From contig PEAP01000007.1 of NCBI GenBank assembly GCA_002753665.1, positions 529-64,528 on the forward strand: a stretch of DNA of 64,000 nt. The letters run 5' to 3'. This document shows positions 1-9,878 of the stretch, piece after piece. The position numbers and the translations under genes were made by a program. The notes beneath the pieces are model-generated. The model was not told the origin of the DNA. It worked only from the letters and a program-made list of their open reading frames with translations, and did not search any database. This DNA is from Magnetococcales bacterium DC0425bin3. Its GTDB lineage: Bacteria; Pseudomonadota; Magnetococcia; Magnetococcales; DC0425bin3. Numbering within the stretch: the first letter of the stretch is position 1; each line of letters begins with the position of its first letter.

Positions 1-2
1 AA

Positions 3-296
3 TTCGACCAGGAAGTTCTGCAAGCGGATCTTCCGGTTCTGGTGGATTTCTGGGCCGAATGGTGCGGCCCTTGCAGACAGGTGGCCCCGATTCTCGACTC
101 TCTGGCCAGCCAGTATGCCGGCAAGCTCAAGGTCGCCAAACTCAACATCGATGAAAATCCCAATACCCCGGGCCGTTATGGGGTGCGGGGGATTCCGACC
201 CTGATGATCTTCAAGGGCGGTCAGATCGCGGCTTCCAAGATCGGAGCCCTGCCCAAGACCCAGCTGTTCCAGTGGGTGGAACAGAACCTCTCCTGA
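3..296 (+). CDS. trxA: thioredoxin (5' end cut by window edge)
   Basis: Frame is open back to base 3. WCGPC active site ([19 protein letters not shown]) and typical Trx C-terminal half. Confidence 0.9.
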   Translation, partial: FDQEVLQADLPVLVDFWAEWCGPCRQVAPILDSLASQYAGKLKVAKLNIDENPNTPGRYGVRGIPTLMIFKGGQIAASKIGALPKTQLFQWVEQNLS

Positions 297-331
297 CCTG
301 ATGGATTCGTTGTCGTTCAACGGCTTTTCCG

Positions 332-371
332 CTGCCCGATCCCGGCCTTTTCAGCCGCTGGGATCGGGCAG
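332..371. terminator. 12-bp GC-rich hairpin between convergent trxA and yggU
   Basis: CTGCCCGATCCC (332-343) pairs perfectly with GGGATCGGGCAG (360-371). It overlaps the 3' end of the minus-strand ORF. Confidence 0.45.
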
Positions 372-647
372 TTGCCATTGACGGCGGAATTGTCGCGCTT
401 TTTCCCCGTTGCCCCCCTGAATCCGGACCAGTTTTTCCCGGGATTTCTCGCCCTGGATCACCTGGACGGCGGTTTTCCCGACCCCCAGCGCCTTGGCCAA
501 CAGACGACAGAGTGCCCCATTGGCCGCTCCCTCCACCGGCGGAGCGTTCAGGGCAATCTTCAGCCGGCCGTCATGCCAGCCCAGGATCTGCTCCCGGCTG
601 GCCCGGGGCTGCACCCGTACCGGCAGCATCCATTGTCCCTCGCCCAT
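351..647 (-). CDS. yggU: DUF167 / YggU-family protein
   Basis: 98 aa with a YggU-like signature (VRVQPRASREQI...LKIALNAPPVEGAAN...L..LLAKALGV). It sits next to yggT/proC/yggS as in many proteobacteria. Confidence 0.7.
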   Translation of the reverse strand: MGEGQWMLPVRVQPRASREQILGWHDGRLKIALNAPPVEGAANGALCRLLAKALGVGKTAVQVIQGEKSREKLVRIQGGNGEKARQFRRQWQLPDPSG

Positions 648-663
648 GGCCAGTCGCCGGATT

Positions 664-1293
664 TCAGGGAATGAAGACCGGTGAGGGTTCCGTGGCGGAC
701 GAAGAGAGGGCGGCCAGGATCAGATCCGGAAGGACGCCCAGCATCAACAGCAGCAATAGAGCCGCGACCAGGGGGGAGATATCCAGCCCCCGATAGGTGG
801 GCAGCACTCCCCGGAAAGGACGCACCGTCGGCTCCGTGACCTGGAACAGGAAACGGTTGAAGGGGGCGTAGGGGTTGATCCGTGGCGGGCGTCCCTGGCG
901 GAAGGTCAGCCAGGAATGGATGTTGATTCCCCCCCGGGCCACCAGCAGCAGAAGATACAGGGTGAGCAGCAGGTGAAGGATGGTGAACAGTTGCCGCCCC
1001 AGCATGGCCAGCAGCGCCCCACCGCCCAGGTCGCTGAACAGGGCCTGGATGAGCTGCTGGGCCAGCATGATGGCCAGCAACGCCGCGATGGGAGACAGAT
1101 CGATCCCGGCCAGGGAAGGAATCCGCCGCTGAAAGGGGCGCAAGACCGGATCGGTGGCCCGGGCCAGAAACTGCACGATGGGATTGTAGGGGTCGGGATT
1201 GACCCAGGAGATCAACACCCGGATCAGGATGAACCAGGAATAGATTTCCAGGACGAAGATCAGCAGGGTGCCGATGGAGTGACCAATGCCCAT
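664..1293 (-). CDS. yggT: YggT-family integral membrane protein
   Basis: 209 aa, hydrophobic, with two YGGT-like repeats (ILIRVLISWVNPDPYNPIVQFL..TDPVLRPFQRRIP). Confidence 0.8.
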   Translation of the reverse strand: MGIGHSIGTLLIFVLEIYSWFILIRVLISWVNPDPYNPIVQFLARATDPVLRPFQRRIPSLAGIDLSPIAALLAIMLAQQLIQALFSDLGGGALLAMLGRQLFTILHLLLTLYLLLLVARGGINIHSWLTFRQGRPPRINPYAPFNRFLFQVTEPTVRPFRGVLPTYRGLDISPLVAALLLLLMLGVLPDLILAALSSSATEPSPVFIP

Positions 1294-1315
1294 GATGACA
1301 GACTCTTTTCAGGCA

Positions 1316-1358
1316 AGCAGTGGAGGGTGGAGGGAGGCTTCCCCCATCTGTCCGAAGG
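1316..1358. repeat. REP-like element, half copy (R1)
   Basis: GGTGGAGGGAGGCTTCCCCCATC core shared with 7 other loci. Lies between yggT and proC. Confidence 0.7.
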
Positions 1359-2171
1359 CTAATTCAGTTCACGGGAACGGATCCAGGCGGCCCGGACCGC
1401 TTCCATGAGCCCGCCCCGCACTCCGGCCCGTTCCAGGGCTCCCAACCCGGCGATGGTGGTGCCACCGGGGGAAGTGACCTGGTTTTTCAATACGCCGGGA
1501 TGCTGGCCGCTCTCCGCCAGCAGCCGGCCCGCCCCGATCAGGGTTTGCACCGCCAGGCGATCCGCCAGCTCCCGGGGCAGACCGCAGGCCACTCCGCCGT
1601 CGGAGAGGGCCTCCGCCATGAGATAGACATAGGCGGGACCGGATCCGGACAGGGCGGTGACGCCGTCCATCAACCCTTCGTCCCGGATGACGGCCACCTC
1701 CCCGGCGGCCTTCATGACCGAACAGGCCAGCTCCAATTGGGGTTCCGCCACGTCCGGGCGGGGACAAAGCACCGTGATTCCCGCCCCGATCAGGGCCGGG
1801 GTGTTGGGCATTGCCCGGATCAGCGCTTGCCCGGGCGGCAGCCGGGCCGCCAGGCGCTCCAGGGACACCCCGGCGGCGATGGACAGAACCACTGCCTGGG
1901 GTGCAAGCCGTGACGCCACCTCCCCCAGCACCTTGTCCACCACTCCGGGCTTGACCGCCACCACCACCAGATGGGCATTGGCCGTGGCAAGGCCATTGTC
2001 GGAAATGACCGTCACTCCTGCCAGCAGGGTCTCCAGGGCCTTGCGGCGCTGGGGCAGGGGCTCGGCAACGCAGATTCTGGCGGGGTCGATCCCCTGTTTC
2101 AGCAGACCGCCCGCCAGGGCGGTGGCCATGTTGCCGCCGCCCAGGAAGGCGATGGTGGCTTGGGTGGTCAT
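1359..2171 (-). CDS. proC: pyrroline-5-carboxylate reductase
   Basis: 270 aa starting MTTQATIAFLGGGNMATALAGGL (NAD(P)-binding GxGxxA), with a P5CR C-terminal motif (VTSPGGTTIAGL). The longer ORF-track extension is a GC-rich artefact. Confidence 0.92.
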   Translation of the reverse strand: MTTQATIAFLGGGNMATALAGGLLKQGIDPARICVAEPLPQRRKALETLLAGVTVISDNGLATANAHLVVVAVKPGVVDKVLGEVASRLAPQAVVLSIAAGVSLERLAARLPPGQALIRAMPNTPALIGAGITVLCPRPDVAEPQLELACSVMKAAGEVAVIRDEGLMDGVTALSGSGPAYVYLMAEALSDGGVACGLPRELADRLAVQTLIGAGRLLAESGQHPGVLKNQVTSPGGTTIAGLGALERAGVRGGLMEAVRAAWIRSRELN

Positions 2172-2185
2172 GGGTATGGCTTCCT

Positions 2186-2887
2186 TCACGGTCGGGTGGA
2201 ACGTTCGCCGAAGAGGGCGGTGCCGATCCGCACCAGGGTGGCCCCTTCCGCCACCGCCGCTTCGAAATCGTGACTCATGCCCATGGAGAGTTCCGCCATG
2301 GAGACCCCGGGCAGGTTCAACCGCTCCAGCCGTTGGGCCAAGTCGGCCAGGGCCCGGAAATGGGGCCGCACCATCTCGGGATCCGGTTCGAAAGGTGGAA
2401 TGGTCATCAAGCCCTTGACGGCAATGCGGGACAGCGGGGCAATGGCCTCCAGAGCCGCCGCGGTTTCCTCCGGCAGCAGACCATGCTTCTGGGGCTCCCG
2501 TCCCACGTTGATCTGGAGCAGCACCGGCAGGGGATCGGGTCCCGGGACCCGTCGGTTGATGTCCTCGGCCAGGGCCACCGAATCGACGCTGTGGATCATC
2601 TGGAACAGCTCCACGGCCACCTTTACCTTGTTGCGCTGCAGGGGGCCGATCAGGTGCCAGTCCACGCTGGACCCGGTCACCTGGGGAATCTTGTACCGGG
2701 CCTCCTGGACGCGGTTTTCCCCGAACAGGGTCTGACCGGCGGCCACCGCCGCGTTGACCGCCGCCGCCGGTTGGGTCTTGGAGACCGCCACCAGCCGCAC
2801 TTGGGCGGGGTCCCGTCCGCCGGCGCGGGCGGCCTGCCGGATCCGATCCTGGAGCCACTCCAGATTGCTGACGATGGTGGAGTTCAT
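2186..2887 (-). CDS. yggS: YggS-family PLP-binding homeostasis protein
   Basis: 233 aa from MNSTIVSNLE. Contains VRLVAVSKTQP (PLP lysine) and WHLIGPLQRNKVK motifs. Confidence 0.9.
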   Translation of the reverse strand: MNSTIVSNLEWLQDRIRQAARAGGRDPAQVRLVAVSKTQPAAAVNAAVAAGQTLFGENRVQEARYKIPQVTGSSVDWHLIGPLQRNKVKVAVELFQMIHSVDSVALAEDINRRVPGPDPLPVLLQINVGREPQKHGLLPEETAAALEAIAPLSRIAVKGLMTIPPFEPDPEMVRPHFRALADLAQRLERLNLPGVSMAELSMGMSHDFEAAVAEGATLVRIGTALFGERSTRP

Positions 2888-2900
2888 TGAGAGGGACAGC

Positions 2901-3287
2901 TCATCGGGGAACGGGAGCGGTGACTGTCGCCGGTTTGGCGGAGTCGAGGCTGTTCGACTCCCTGGCGAGCTGTTCGCACAGGCTGCGCAGGGCATCCTGG
3001 GAGAAGACCTTGCCGGGCTCGATCATCGAATTCATCCTGGCCTGAAACTCCGGGGATAGCTGGATGGCATTCTGGTGCCTCAAACCCATATGAATGGCCG
3101 ATACGCCGGCCAGCACCATCAGCATCCAGACCAGCAGGGAAATGCCCTTGCCGATGATCTTGACGACGCCCAGCAGGGTCAGCAGGCCGCCCATGCCGAT
3201 GAACAGCCAGGAGAAGATTTCCGGTTGCCCAGCCAGAAGATTGTCGAGCATGGTGTGGATATCCTCCATCAATGTCGGGAAACGCAC
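2901..3287 (-). CDS. small membrane protein, function unknown
   Basis: 128 aa with two clear hydrophobic helices (FSWLFIGMGGLLTLLGVV, LLVWMLMVLAGVSAI). GC3-rich codons. No family recognised. Confidence 0.45.
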   Translation of the reverse strand: MRFPTLMEDIHTMLDNLLAGQPEIFSWLFIGMGGLLTLLGVVKIIGKGISLLVWMLMVLAGVSAIHMGLRHQNAIQLSPEFQARMNSMIEPGKVFSQDALRSLCEQLARESNSLDSAKPATVTAPVPR

Positions 3288-3296
3288 CGGGAGGGA

Positions 3297-4679
3297 TCAG
3301 AGGATGAACCGGGACAAATCCTCGTCCCCCGCCAGATTTTTCAGTTGGCGGTTGACATAATCGGCGTCGATCACCACCGTTTCTCCCCGGCGGTCGGGGG
3401 CGGTGAAGGAGAGGTCGTCCAGCAGTTTTTCCATTACGGTATGGAGCCGGCGGGCGCCGATGTTTTCGGTCCGCTCATTGACGCTGGCGGAGATGTCGGC
3501 CAGTGCCCGGATGCCCTCGGGCCGGAATTCCAGGGTGACCCCTTCGATGGCCAGCAGGGCGGCGTATTGTCGGGTGAGGGCGTTTTCCGGCTCGGTGAGA
3601 ATGCGCACGAAGTCCTCGGCCTTCAGGCTGGCCAGCTCCACCCGGATGGGCAGCCGGCCCTGCAGCTCCGGCAACAGATCCGACGGTTTGGCCATCTGGA
3701 AGGCGCCGGAGGCGATGAAGAGGATGTGATCGGTCCGGACCATGCCGTACTTGGTGGAGACGGTGGTTCCTTCCACCAATGGCAGCAGGTCCCGTTGTAC
3801 GCCCTCCCGGGAGACATCCCCGCCCCGCATTTCCCCTCCCCGGGAACAGACCTTGTCCAGTTCGTCCAGAAAGACGATGCCGGACTGTTCCACCCGTTCG
3901 ATGGCCAGCCGCTGAGCCCGGTCCCGGTCCACCAGCTTGGATGCCTCTTCGTCGGTGAGCAGCTTGAGGGCTTCCCCGACCGGCAGACGCCGTTTGCGCA
4001 CCTTGCCTCCCAACATGTTGCCCAGCATCTCCTGGAGGTTGATTCCCTCCATTCCCTGGGGAGTGAACACTTCCAGGGTGGGGCCTCCGCGGGTCTCCCG
4101 CAGCTCGATCTCGATTTCCTTGTCACCCAGGGTGCCTTCCCGCAGCATCTTGCGGAATTTCTGCCGCGTGCCCGAATCGGGTGGCTGGGGGGAGGGCTCG
4201 GGGTCGCGGTCCTCCTGGCCGAACAGGGCCCCCAGGGAATTGCCCGAGCGCTGCTTGTGGGGCGGGGGTGGCAGCAGGGCATCCAGGATGCGCTCTTCGG
4301 CCAGATCCTCCGCCGGGCGCTGCACGTCTTTCTTGGCCTGCTCCAGGGCGCCTTTGACCGCCATGTCCGCCAGATCCCGGATGATCGATTCCACGTCCCG
4401 GCCCACATAACCCACCTCGGTGAACTTGGTGGCCTCCACCTTGATGAAAGGGGCGTTGGAGAGCTTGGCCAGCCGCCGGGCGATTTCGGTTTTGCCCACG
4501 CCGGTGGGACCGATCATCAGGATGTTCTTGGGATAGACCTCCTCGCGCATGGCGGGGTCCAGCCGGTGGCGCCGCCAGCGGTTGCGCAAGGCGATGGCCA
4601 CCGCCCGTTTGGCCTCGTTCTGGCCGATGATGTAGCGGTCCAGCTCGGAGACGATTTCGCGTGGAGTGAATTCGGACAT
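3297..4679 (-). CDS. hslU: ATP-dependent protease ATPase subunit HslU
   Basis: 460 aa. N-terminus [20 protein letters not shown], Walker [16 protein letters not shown], and the typical HslU C-terminus DLSRFIL. Confidence 0.97.
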   Translation of the reverse strand: MSEFTPREIVSELDRYIIGQNEAKRAVAIALRNRWRRHRLDPAMREEVYPKNILMIGPTGVGKTEIARRLAKLSNAPFIKVEATKFTEVGYVGRDVESIIRDLADMAVKGALEQAKKDVQRPAEDLAEERILDALLPPPPHKQRSGNSLGALFGQEDRDPEPSPQPPDSGTRQKFRKMLREGTLGDKEIEIELRETRGGPTLEVFTPQGMEGINLQEMLGNMLGGKVRKRRLPVGEALKLLTDEEASKLVDRDRAQRLAIERVEQSGIVFLDELDKVCSRGGEMRGGDVSREGVQRDLLPLVEGTTVSTKYGMVRTDHILFIASGAFQMAKPSDLLPELQGRLPIRVELASLKAEDFVRILTEPENALTRQYAALLAIEGVTLEFRPEGIRALADISASVNERTENIGARRLHTVMEKLLDDLSFTAPDRRGETVVIDADYVNRQLKNLAGDEDLSRFIL

Positions 4680-5207
4680 TTACAGCTCTTCAATGGTCAG
4701 GTTGAGATTGGTATAAATACAGATATCGGCGGTGATGGCCAGGGCTTTTTCGGTGATCTGGCGGGGGCTCAGGTCGGTATTCTGCAGCAGGGCCCGGGCA
4801 GCGGCCTGGGCATAGGGGCCGCCGGAGCCGATGGCCATCAGGCCATCTTCGGGCTCCAGGACATCCCCGGTGCCGGAGATCAGCAGGCTGGTCTGACGGT
4901 CCGCCACCACCAGCATCGCCTCCAGGCGGCGCAGGATGCGGTCGGTCCGCCAATCCTTGGCCAGCTCCACGGCCGCTCGCACCAGAATGCCGTTGTGCTT
5001 GGAAAGTTTGCCCTCGAATCGGTCGAAGAGGGTGAAGGCGTCGGCGGTGGCCCCGGCGAAACCGGCCAGAACCTGGCCGTCGTTCATGAAGCGGACCTTG
5101 CGGGCGTTGGCCTTGACCACGATGTTGCCCAGGGTCACCTGGCCGTCGCCGCCCATGACCACGTTTGCTCCGCGGCGGACCGATAGTATGGTGGTGCCTT
5201 TGAACAT
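4680..5207 (-). CDS. hslV: ATP-dependent protease peptidase subunit HslV
   Basis: 175 aa. [12 protein letters not shown] has the N-terminal Thr nucleophile after Met-Phe-Lys-Gly. Abuts hslU. Confidence 0.97.
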   Translation of the reverse strand: MFKGTTILSVRRGANVVMGGDGQVTLGNIVVKANARKVRFMNDGQVLAGFAGATADAFTLFDRFEGKLSKHNGILVRAAVELAKDWRTDRILRRLEAMLVVADRQTSLLISGTGDVLEPEDGLMAIGSGGPYAQAAARALLQNTDLSPRQITEKALAITADICIYTNLNLTIEEL

Positions 5208-5312
5208 GGAATCCTCGGTGGTTGGGAAGCAGCCGGCACCGAGGATGGTGCGGTTAATGCCGACAATTTGCAAGTGCAGGAAATTTCCCTCTTTGGGAAC
5301 GAGGCCGATAGC

Positions 5313-6056
5313 ATGACCACACCCTGGCAGCCAGGCGGCTTTCCTCCGCGGCTCAATCTCTATCTGACGCCTCCCCATCCCTGCGGCTATCTGCCCGGCC
5401 GGGAGGCAGCCACTCTGTTCGTGGATCCAGGGCAGCCCATGAACCCGGCCCTGTACGACCATCTGTTGGAACGGGGCTTTCGCCGCAGTGGCGAGCATGT
5501 CTACCGTCCCTACTGCGGGGCCTGCCGGTCCTGCGTGCCGGTGCGGATTCCGGTGGCCCGCTTCCAGCCCGGCCGCACCCTGCGCCGGATCTGGAAGCGC
5601 AACCGGGACCTGGTCCACGAGAATCGCACCTCCGGCTTTCGCAGGGAATACTTCGAACTCTACCGCCGCTATCTCGCCATCCGCCACTCGGGGGGGACCC
5701 ATGGACAACCCGAACCGGCCGATTTCATGAATTTCCTGGGGGCCCACTGGGCCCATACCCGGTTCCACGAATTCCGCCTGGATGGGCGCCTCGCCCTGGT
5801 GGCCGTCACCGACGTGCAGCCCCACAGCCTGTCGGCGGTCTATACCTTCTTCGATCCCGATCTGGCTGCCCGCAGTCCCGGCACCTTCGCCATCCTCTGG
5901 CAGACCGCCCAGGCCCTGCGGGAGGGGCGCTCCTGGCTCTACCTGGGCTATTGGGTCGCCGATTGTCCCAAGATGAGCTACAAGGCCCGGTTCAACTCCC
6001 TGGAAGCCTACGATGAGGGGGGATGGATCACCTTGCCGAAGCAGGAAAACGGTTGA
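5313..6056 (+). CDS. bpt: ATE-family aminoacyl-tRNA-protein transferase (Bpt-type)
   Basis: ATE_N/ATE_C features ([46 protein letters not shown]). The start at MTTPW is chosen over the upstream TTG-type ORF start. Confidence 0.85.
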   Translation: MTTPWQPGGFPPRLNLYLTPPHPCGYLPGREAATLFVDPGQPMNPALYDHLLERGFRRSGEHVYRPYCGACRSCVPVRIPVARFQPGRTLRRIWKRNRDLVHENRTSGFRREYFELYRRYLAIRHSGGTHGQPEPADFMNFLGAHWAHTRFHEFRLDGRLALVAVTDVQPHSLSAVYTFFDPDLAARSPGTFAILWQTAQALREGRSWLYLGYWVADCPKMSYKARFNSLEAYDEGGWITLPKQENG

Positions 6057-6145
6057 CCCTCCTGGCAGAGGTTGTCATATTGGTAAACCGATTTTGTCGT
6101 TCTGGTTGACAACTCCCATGCCGCCGACGGCGGGCGAGGTGGTGC

Positions 6146-7339
6146 GTGCCGTATGAAGCCTATGCGGGGTTTACCCGCCAGCGCCGATCCGGGGGTCGGC
6201 TGCGGACGTTGCGGTTGCTGAGTCCCGGACCGGGGGGTCGGGTCCGGACCGGGGACCGGGAGCTGATCAATTTTTCTTCCAACGATTATCTGGGATTGAC
6301 CCACCATCCGCTGTTGATCGAACGGGCCCGGGAATGGACCGAACGCTGGGGTGCCGGCTCCGGGGCTTCCCGGTTGATCTGCGGCAACCTGGAACCCTTC
6401 AAGACGGTGGAAGACAAGCTGGCCCGGGGCAAGGGCAGCGCGGTGGCCCTGGTGTTCAACTCCGGCTTTCAGGCCAATGCGGCCATTCTGGCCGCCCTGT
6501 TGGATCGGGAGGTTCTGGGCCGGGAACCGCTGGTCTTTTCCGACCGTCTCAACCACGCCAGCATTCACCATGGCTGCCGGGCCGCCGGTGTGCGGCAGAT
6601 CCGGTACCGTCACAATGACTTGAACCATCTGGAAAGCCTGCTGCAACGGCATCGGCAACGGCCCGGGCCGCGGTTCATCCTGTCCGAAACCGTGTTCAGC
6701 ATGGACGGAGACCGGGTGGACTTGGCGGGATTGCTGGACCTCAAGGAGCGCCATGGGGCGTTTCTCTACCTGGACGAGGCCCATGCCACCGGGGTGCTGG
6801 GCCCCAACGGTTTTGGCCTCAGCGCCGTCCATCCTGGTCGGGTGGATCTGGCCATGGGCACCTTCAGCAAGGGGCTGGGGGGGTTCGGAGCCTATGCCGC
6901 CTGTAGCCAGGAGATGGCGGAATACCTGGTCAACAACAGTGGCGGGTTCATCTATGCCACCGCCCTGCCCCCGGGGGTGCTGGGGGCCATGGATGCCGCC
7001 CTGGACCTGCTGCCTACCCTGGAAGCCGAACGTCGGCAACTGCTGGCGACAGCGGTTCGGGTACGGCACACCTTTCGGGAGGCGGGGCTGGATACCGGCG
7101 CTTCCGATACCCAGATCATCCCGGTGGTGGCCGGGGAGGAAAGCACTGTCCTGGCTCTTTCGGCCCGCCTGGAGCAGGAGGGGCTGCTGGCAGTGGCCAT
7201 TCGGCCGCCCACGGTTCCCGCCGGCGGTTGCCGGATTCGTTTCACCCTGGGGGCTGCCCATGGGACCGACGATCTGGACCGGCTGCTGGCCGCTGTTCCG
7301 GTCATGGCCCGTTTGATCGAGGGGGGGGGGGATAGATGA
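6146..7339 (+). CDS. bioF: 8-amino-7-oxononanoate synthase
   Basis: 397 aa class-II aminotransferase. NFSSNDYLGL, DEAH, and GTFSKGLG (PLP lysine). The C-terminus is encoded through an 11-G run (7321-7331). Confidence 0.9.
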   Translation: MPYEAYAGFTRQRRSGGRLRTLRLLSPGPGGRVRTGDRELINFSSNDYLGLTHHPLLIERAREWTERWGAGSGASRLICGNLEPFKTVEDKLARGKGSAVALVFNSGFQANAAILAALLDREVLGREPLVFSDRLNHASIHHGCRAAGVRQIRYRHNDLNHLESLLQRHRQRPGPRFILSETVFSMDGDRVDLAGLLDLKERHGAFLYLDEAHATGVLGPNGFGLSAVHPGRVDLAMGTFSKGLGGFGAYAACSQEMAEYLVNNSGGFIYATALPPGVLGAMDAALDLLPTLEAERRQLLATAVRVRHTFREAGLDTGASDTQIIPVVAGEESTVLALSARLEQEGLLAVAIRPPTVPAGGCRIRFTLGAAHGTDDLDRLLAAVPVMARLIEGGGDR

Positions 7340-7384
7340 CGGGGGGATGGCCTGTGGGTCCATGGCTGGGCCCTGGGACCGGGA

Positions 7385-8086
7385 TTGTGGCGCGGGGTGA
7401 CCCGCCGTTTGTCGGGCTCTCGCCACCACCTGATCGATCTGGGTTTTTTCGGTCCGGCCAAGGCTGTCCTGCCCCAGGCGGTGCCCTGGGTGGGGGTGGG
7501 TCACTCTTTGGGCTTCTTGTGGCTGATACGGCAGCTGGCCGTGGATCCGGAGCATCGGAAGAACTGTTTGGGCCTAGTGAGCGTCAACGGCTTTGCGCGT
7601 TTTACTCGGGGGGAAGGGTTTTCCGCCGGGGTGAGTCCGCGGATTCCGGCGGCCATGCGGGCTCGCTGCGGCACCGACCCCGATGGATTGTTGCGGGATT
7701 TTCGGATCAAGGCCGGCTTGCCGGCGGACCTGGGGCCGGTGGCGGTGCCGGGGATGGACCGGGAACGGTTGGCCCTGGGCCTGGACTGGCTGGCCGAGTG
7801 GGATGTCCGGGGATTCCTGGCCGCCTGGGACCGGCCCCTGCTGGCGCTGGCCTGCGATGGCGACCGGGTGGTGACGCCGGCCATCACCCGGGCCAGCTTC
7901 GAAGCGACAGGACGTCAGGTCCATTGGTATGCCGATTCGGGGCATCTGTTGCCATTGATCAGGCCCGCCTGGTGTGCGGAGCGGATCGCGGCCTTCCAGC
8001 AGATTTTGATGGATGAGGGAAGCTTGAACCCTTATGGAGGGGACAATGGGACTGCCCATGAATCCCATCGGGACGCTGAACCATAA
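7385..8086 (+). CDS. bioH: alpha/beta hydrolase, BioH-like pimeloyl-ACP methyl ester esterase (start unresolved)
   Basis: GHSLG nucleophile elbow and a C-terminal DSGHLLPL histidine. Similarity to BioH (LWVHGWALGPGLW) already begins at 7352, in the same frame as bioF just after its TGA. See findings. Confidence 0.7.
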   Translation: MWRGVTRRLSGSRHHLIDLGFFGPAKAVLPQAVPWVGVGHSLGFLWLIRQLAVDPEHRKNCLGLVSVNGFARFTRGEGFSAGVSPRIPAAMRARCGTDPDGLLRDFRIKAGLPADLGPVAVPGMDRERLALGLDWLAEWDVRGFLAAWDRPLLALACDGDRVVTPAITRASFEATGRQVHWYADSGHLLPLIRPAWCAERIAAFQQILMDEGSLNPYGGDNGTAHESHRDAEP

Positions 8087-8849
8087 ACGGCGGGTGGCCA
8101 TCGCCTTCGAAGGGGCGGGGGCCTACCATGAACGGGCCCGGGTCCAACGGCAGGTGGCGGATCGTCTGGGAGAACGGCTGGCGGCTCTGCCCCTGGCCGG
8201 GGAACCCCGGGTGCTGGAACTGGGGTGCGGCAGCGGCTTTCTGAGTACTGCCCTGCAGCGGATCCGGCCCCGGGGATGGTTTCTGCACACCGACCTCGCT
8301 CCGGCCATGGTTCACCGGTGTCGGGATCATCTGGCGTTCCAGCCGGGTCGTCGGGCCTTTGCGGTGATGGATGGCGAGCGGCTCGCCACCAAAGGATTCC
8401 TGGACCTGATCGCCTCCAGCATGACCTTCCAGTGGTTCACCGACCTGCCCGGAGCTTTGGCGCGGATGGCGGCCTTGTTGGTGCCCGACGGTCATCTGGC
8501 CTTTGCCACCCTGGGGGAGGAGACCTTTCGGGAATGGCGTGGGATCTGCAACCGTCAGGGCGTGGCCTGCGGGACTCCCGACTATCCCACCGCCGGAACA
8601 TTGCGGGATTGGTGGCCGGCGGGGGGACGGGGTTGGCTGGAGGAGGAGTACATTGCCGTCTCTCATCCTTCCGGATTGGATTTTCTTCAAGAACTCAAGG
8701 CGATAGGGGCCCATCGGGCCGCTGTTGACCATCAGCCTGTTTCCGCCGGTGACTTGCGCCGGCTGTTGCGGACCATGAACCCGGCGGCGGGGGACGGATT
8801 TACCGTCACCTACCACATTCTCTACGGCTTTTTCACCAGGGACGCCTGA
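8034..8849 (+). CDS. bioC: malonyl-ACP O-methyltransferase
   Basis: SAM-MTase motif I (VLELGCGSGFLS), BioC-like N-terminus (FEGAGAYHERARVQRQVADRL), and bio-operon context. Confidence 0.85.
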   Translation: MEGTMGLPMNPIGTLNHKRRVAIAFEGAGAYHERARVQRQVADRLGERLAALPLAGEPRVLELGCGSGFLSTALQRIRPRGWFLHTDLAPAMVHRCRDHLAFQPGRRAFAVMDGERLATKGFLDLIASSMTFQWFTDLPGALARMAALLVPDGHLAFATLGEETFREWRGICNRQGVACGTPDYPTAGTLRDWWPAGGRGWLEEEYIAVSHPSGLDFLQELKAIGAHRAAVDHQPVSAGDLRRLLRTMNPAAGDGFTVTYHILYGFFTRDA

Positions 8850-8852
8850 ACC

Positions 8853-9839
8853 ATGCCCACCGGCTTTTATCGTCATCTGGCCGATACCGCTCTGGAAGGG
8901 GGGACCTTTTCCCAGGAGACGGCCTTGCGGGTTCTCACCGATCCGGAAGTGAAGCTGCTGCCCCTTCTGGATGCCGCCTTTCGGGTGCGGGAACGCCACT
9001 TCGGCAAAAGGGTGCGGATTCACATCCTCAACAACGTGCAGAACGGCCTCTGCCCCGAGGACTGCAACTACTGCGCCCAGGCCGCCGGCAGCAAGGCCGA
9101 GATCCCGGTCTTTCGCATCAAACCGGACGAGGAGATCCTGGAAGGCGCCCGCAAGGCCCACGCGGCCGGGGCCTACCGCTACTGCATCGTTCTCTCCGGG
9201 CGGGGACCCGGCCGGGAGCGGGTGGAGCGGATGGCCGATCTGGTGCGGCGCATCAAGGCCCAATGGCCGGTGGAGGTTTGCCTGTCGGCGGGATTCATCG
9301 ACGGGGAGATGGCCCGGACCCTGAAAGAAGCGGGTCTGGATCGCTACAATCACAACCTCAACACCGCCGAGGGCCACTACGGCAACATCTGCTCCAGCCA
9401 CAGTTATGCCGACCGTCTGGCCACCCTGGAGGCGGCCCGCGGTGCTGGCATGGAGGTGTGCAGCGGGATTATCATCGGGATGGGCGAGCAGGCGGAGGAC
9501 ATCGTGACAGTGGCCCACACCCTGCGGCGGCTGGCGGCCCGGTCCATTCCGGTCAACTTCTACGTTCATGTGGAGGGCGCCAAGCTGGGTCCCCTGGTCC
9601 ATCTTACCCCGGAGTACTGCCTGCGGGTGCTGGCCCTGTTCCGGTTCATCAACCCGGAAGCCGAAATTCGCGCCGCCGGCGGGAGGGAGGCCAATCTGCG
9701 GTCTCTGGAGTCCCTGGCCCTCTTTCCTGCCAACTCCGTGTTCAGCGAAGGATATCTGAACACCGGCGGCCACGCCACCGACCGCACCGTGCGGATGATC
9801 GAGGACGCCGGCTTCCAGGTGGAGCGGATCGAGGTGTAG
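8853..9839 (+). CDS. bioB: biotin synthase
   Basis: Radical-SAM CPEDCNYC motif plus BioB-like YNHNLNT and GIIIGMGE segments. Confidence 0.95.
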   Translation: MPTGFYRHLADTALEGGTFSQETALRVLTDPEVKLLPLLDAAFRVRERHFGKRVRIHILNNVQNGLCPEDCNYCAQAAGSKAEIPVFRIKPDEEILEGARKAHAAGAYRYCIVLSGRGPGRERVERMADLVRRIKAQWPVEVCLSAGFIDGEMARTLKEAGLDRYNHNLNTAEGHYGNICSSHSYADRLATLEAARGAGMEVCSGIIIGMGEQAEDIVTVAHTLRRLAARSIPVNFYVHVEGAKLGPLVHLTPEYCLRVLALFRFINPEAEIRAAGGREANLRSLESLALFPANSVFSEGYLNTGGHATDRTVRMIEDAGFQVERIEV

Positions 9840-9878
9840 TGAAGGAGTCTGGTGGCAGGTTTGGAGGAGGAATAAGCC

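Noticed and set aside
1359-2858. Over-extended ORF-track products: the 499-aa product for proC, 381 aa for hslV, 1024 aa for alaS, 462 aa for hemW, 611 aa for trkA, 522 aa for trkH and 964 aa for the TPR membrane protein.
   Set aside because: The N-terminal extensions are Pro/Arg/Gly-rich and overlap neighbouring genes or REP elements. Family homology begins at internal Met or Val codons with plausible ribosome-binding sites, and those were used instead.
3075-5186. Very long ORFs antisense to, or out of frame with, clear genes: 3075-5186, 7959-10061, 14429-16051, 15834-18551, 20839-23280, 24572-26566, 26682-28058, 47930-49360, 51380-53629, 58853-60361 and 60663-62270.
   Set aside because: These are typical stop-codon-poor shadow ORFs of a GC-rich genome. 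Their products are low-complexity (Gly/Arg/Pro/His/Gln-rich) with no motifs, and each overlaps a gene with unambiguous family signatures on the other strand or frame.
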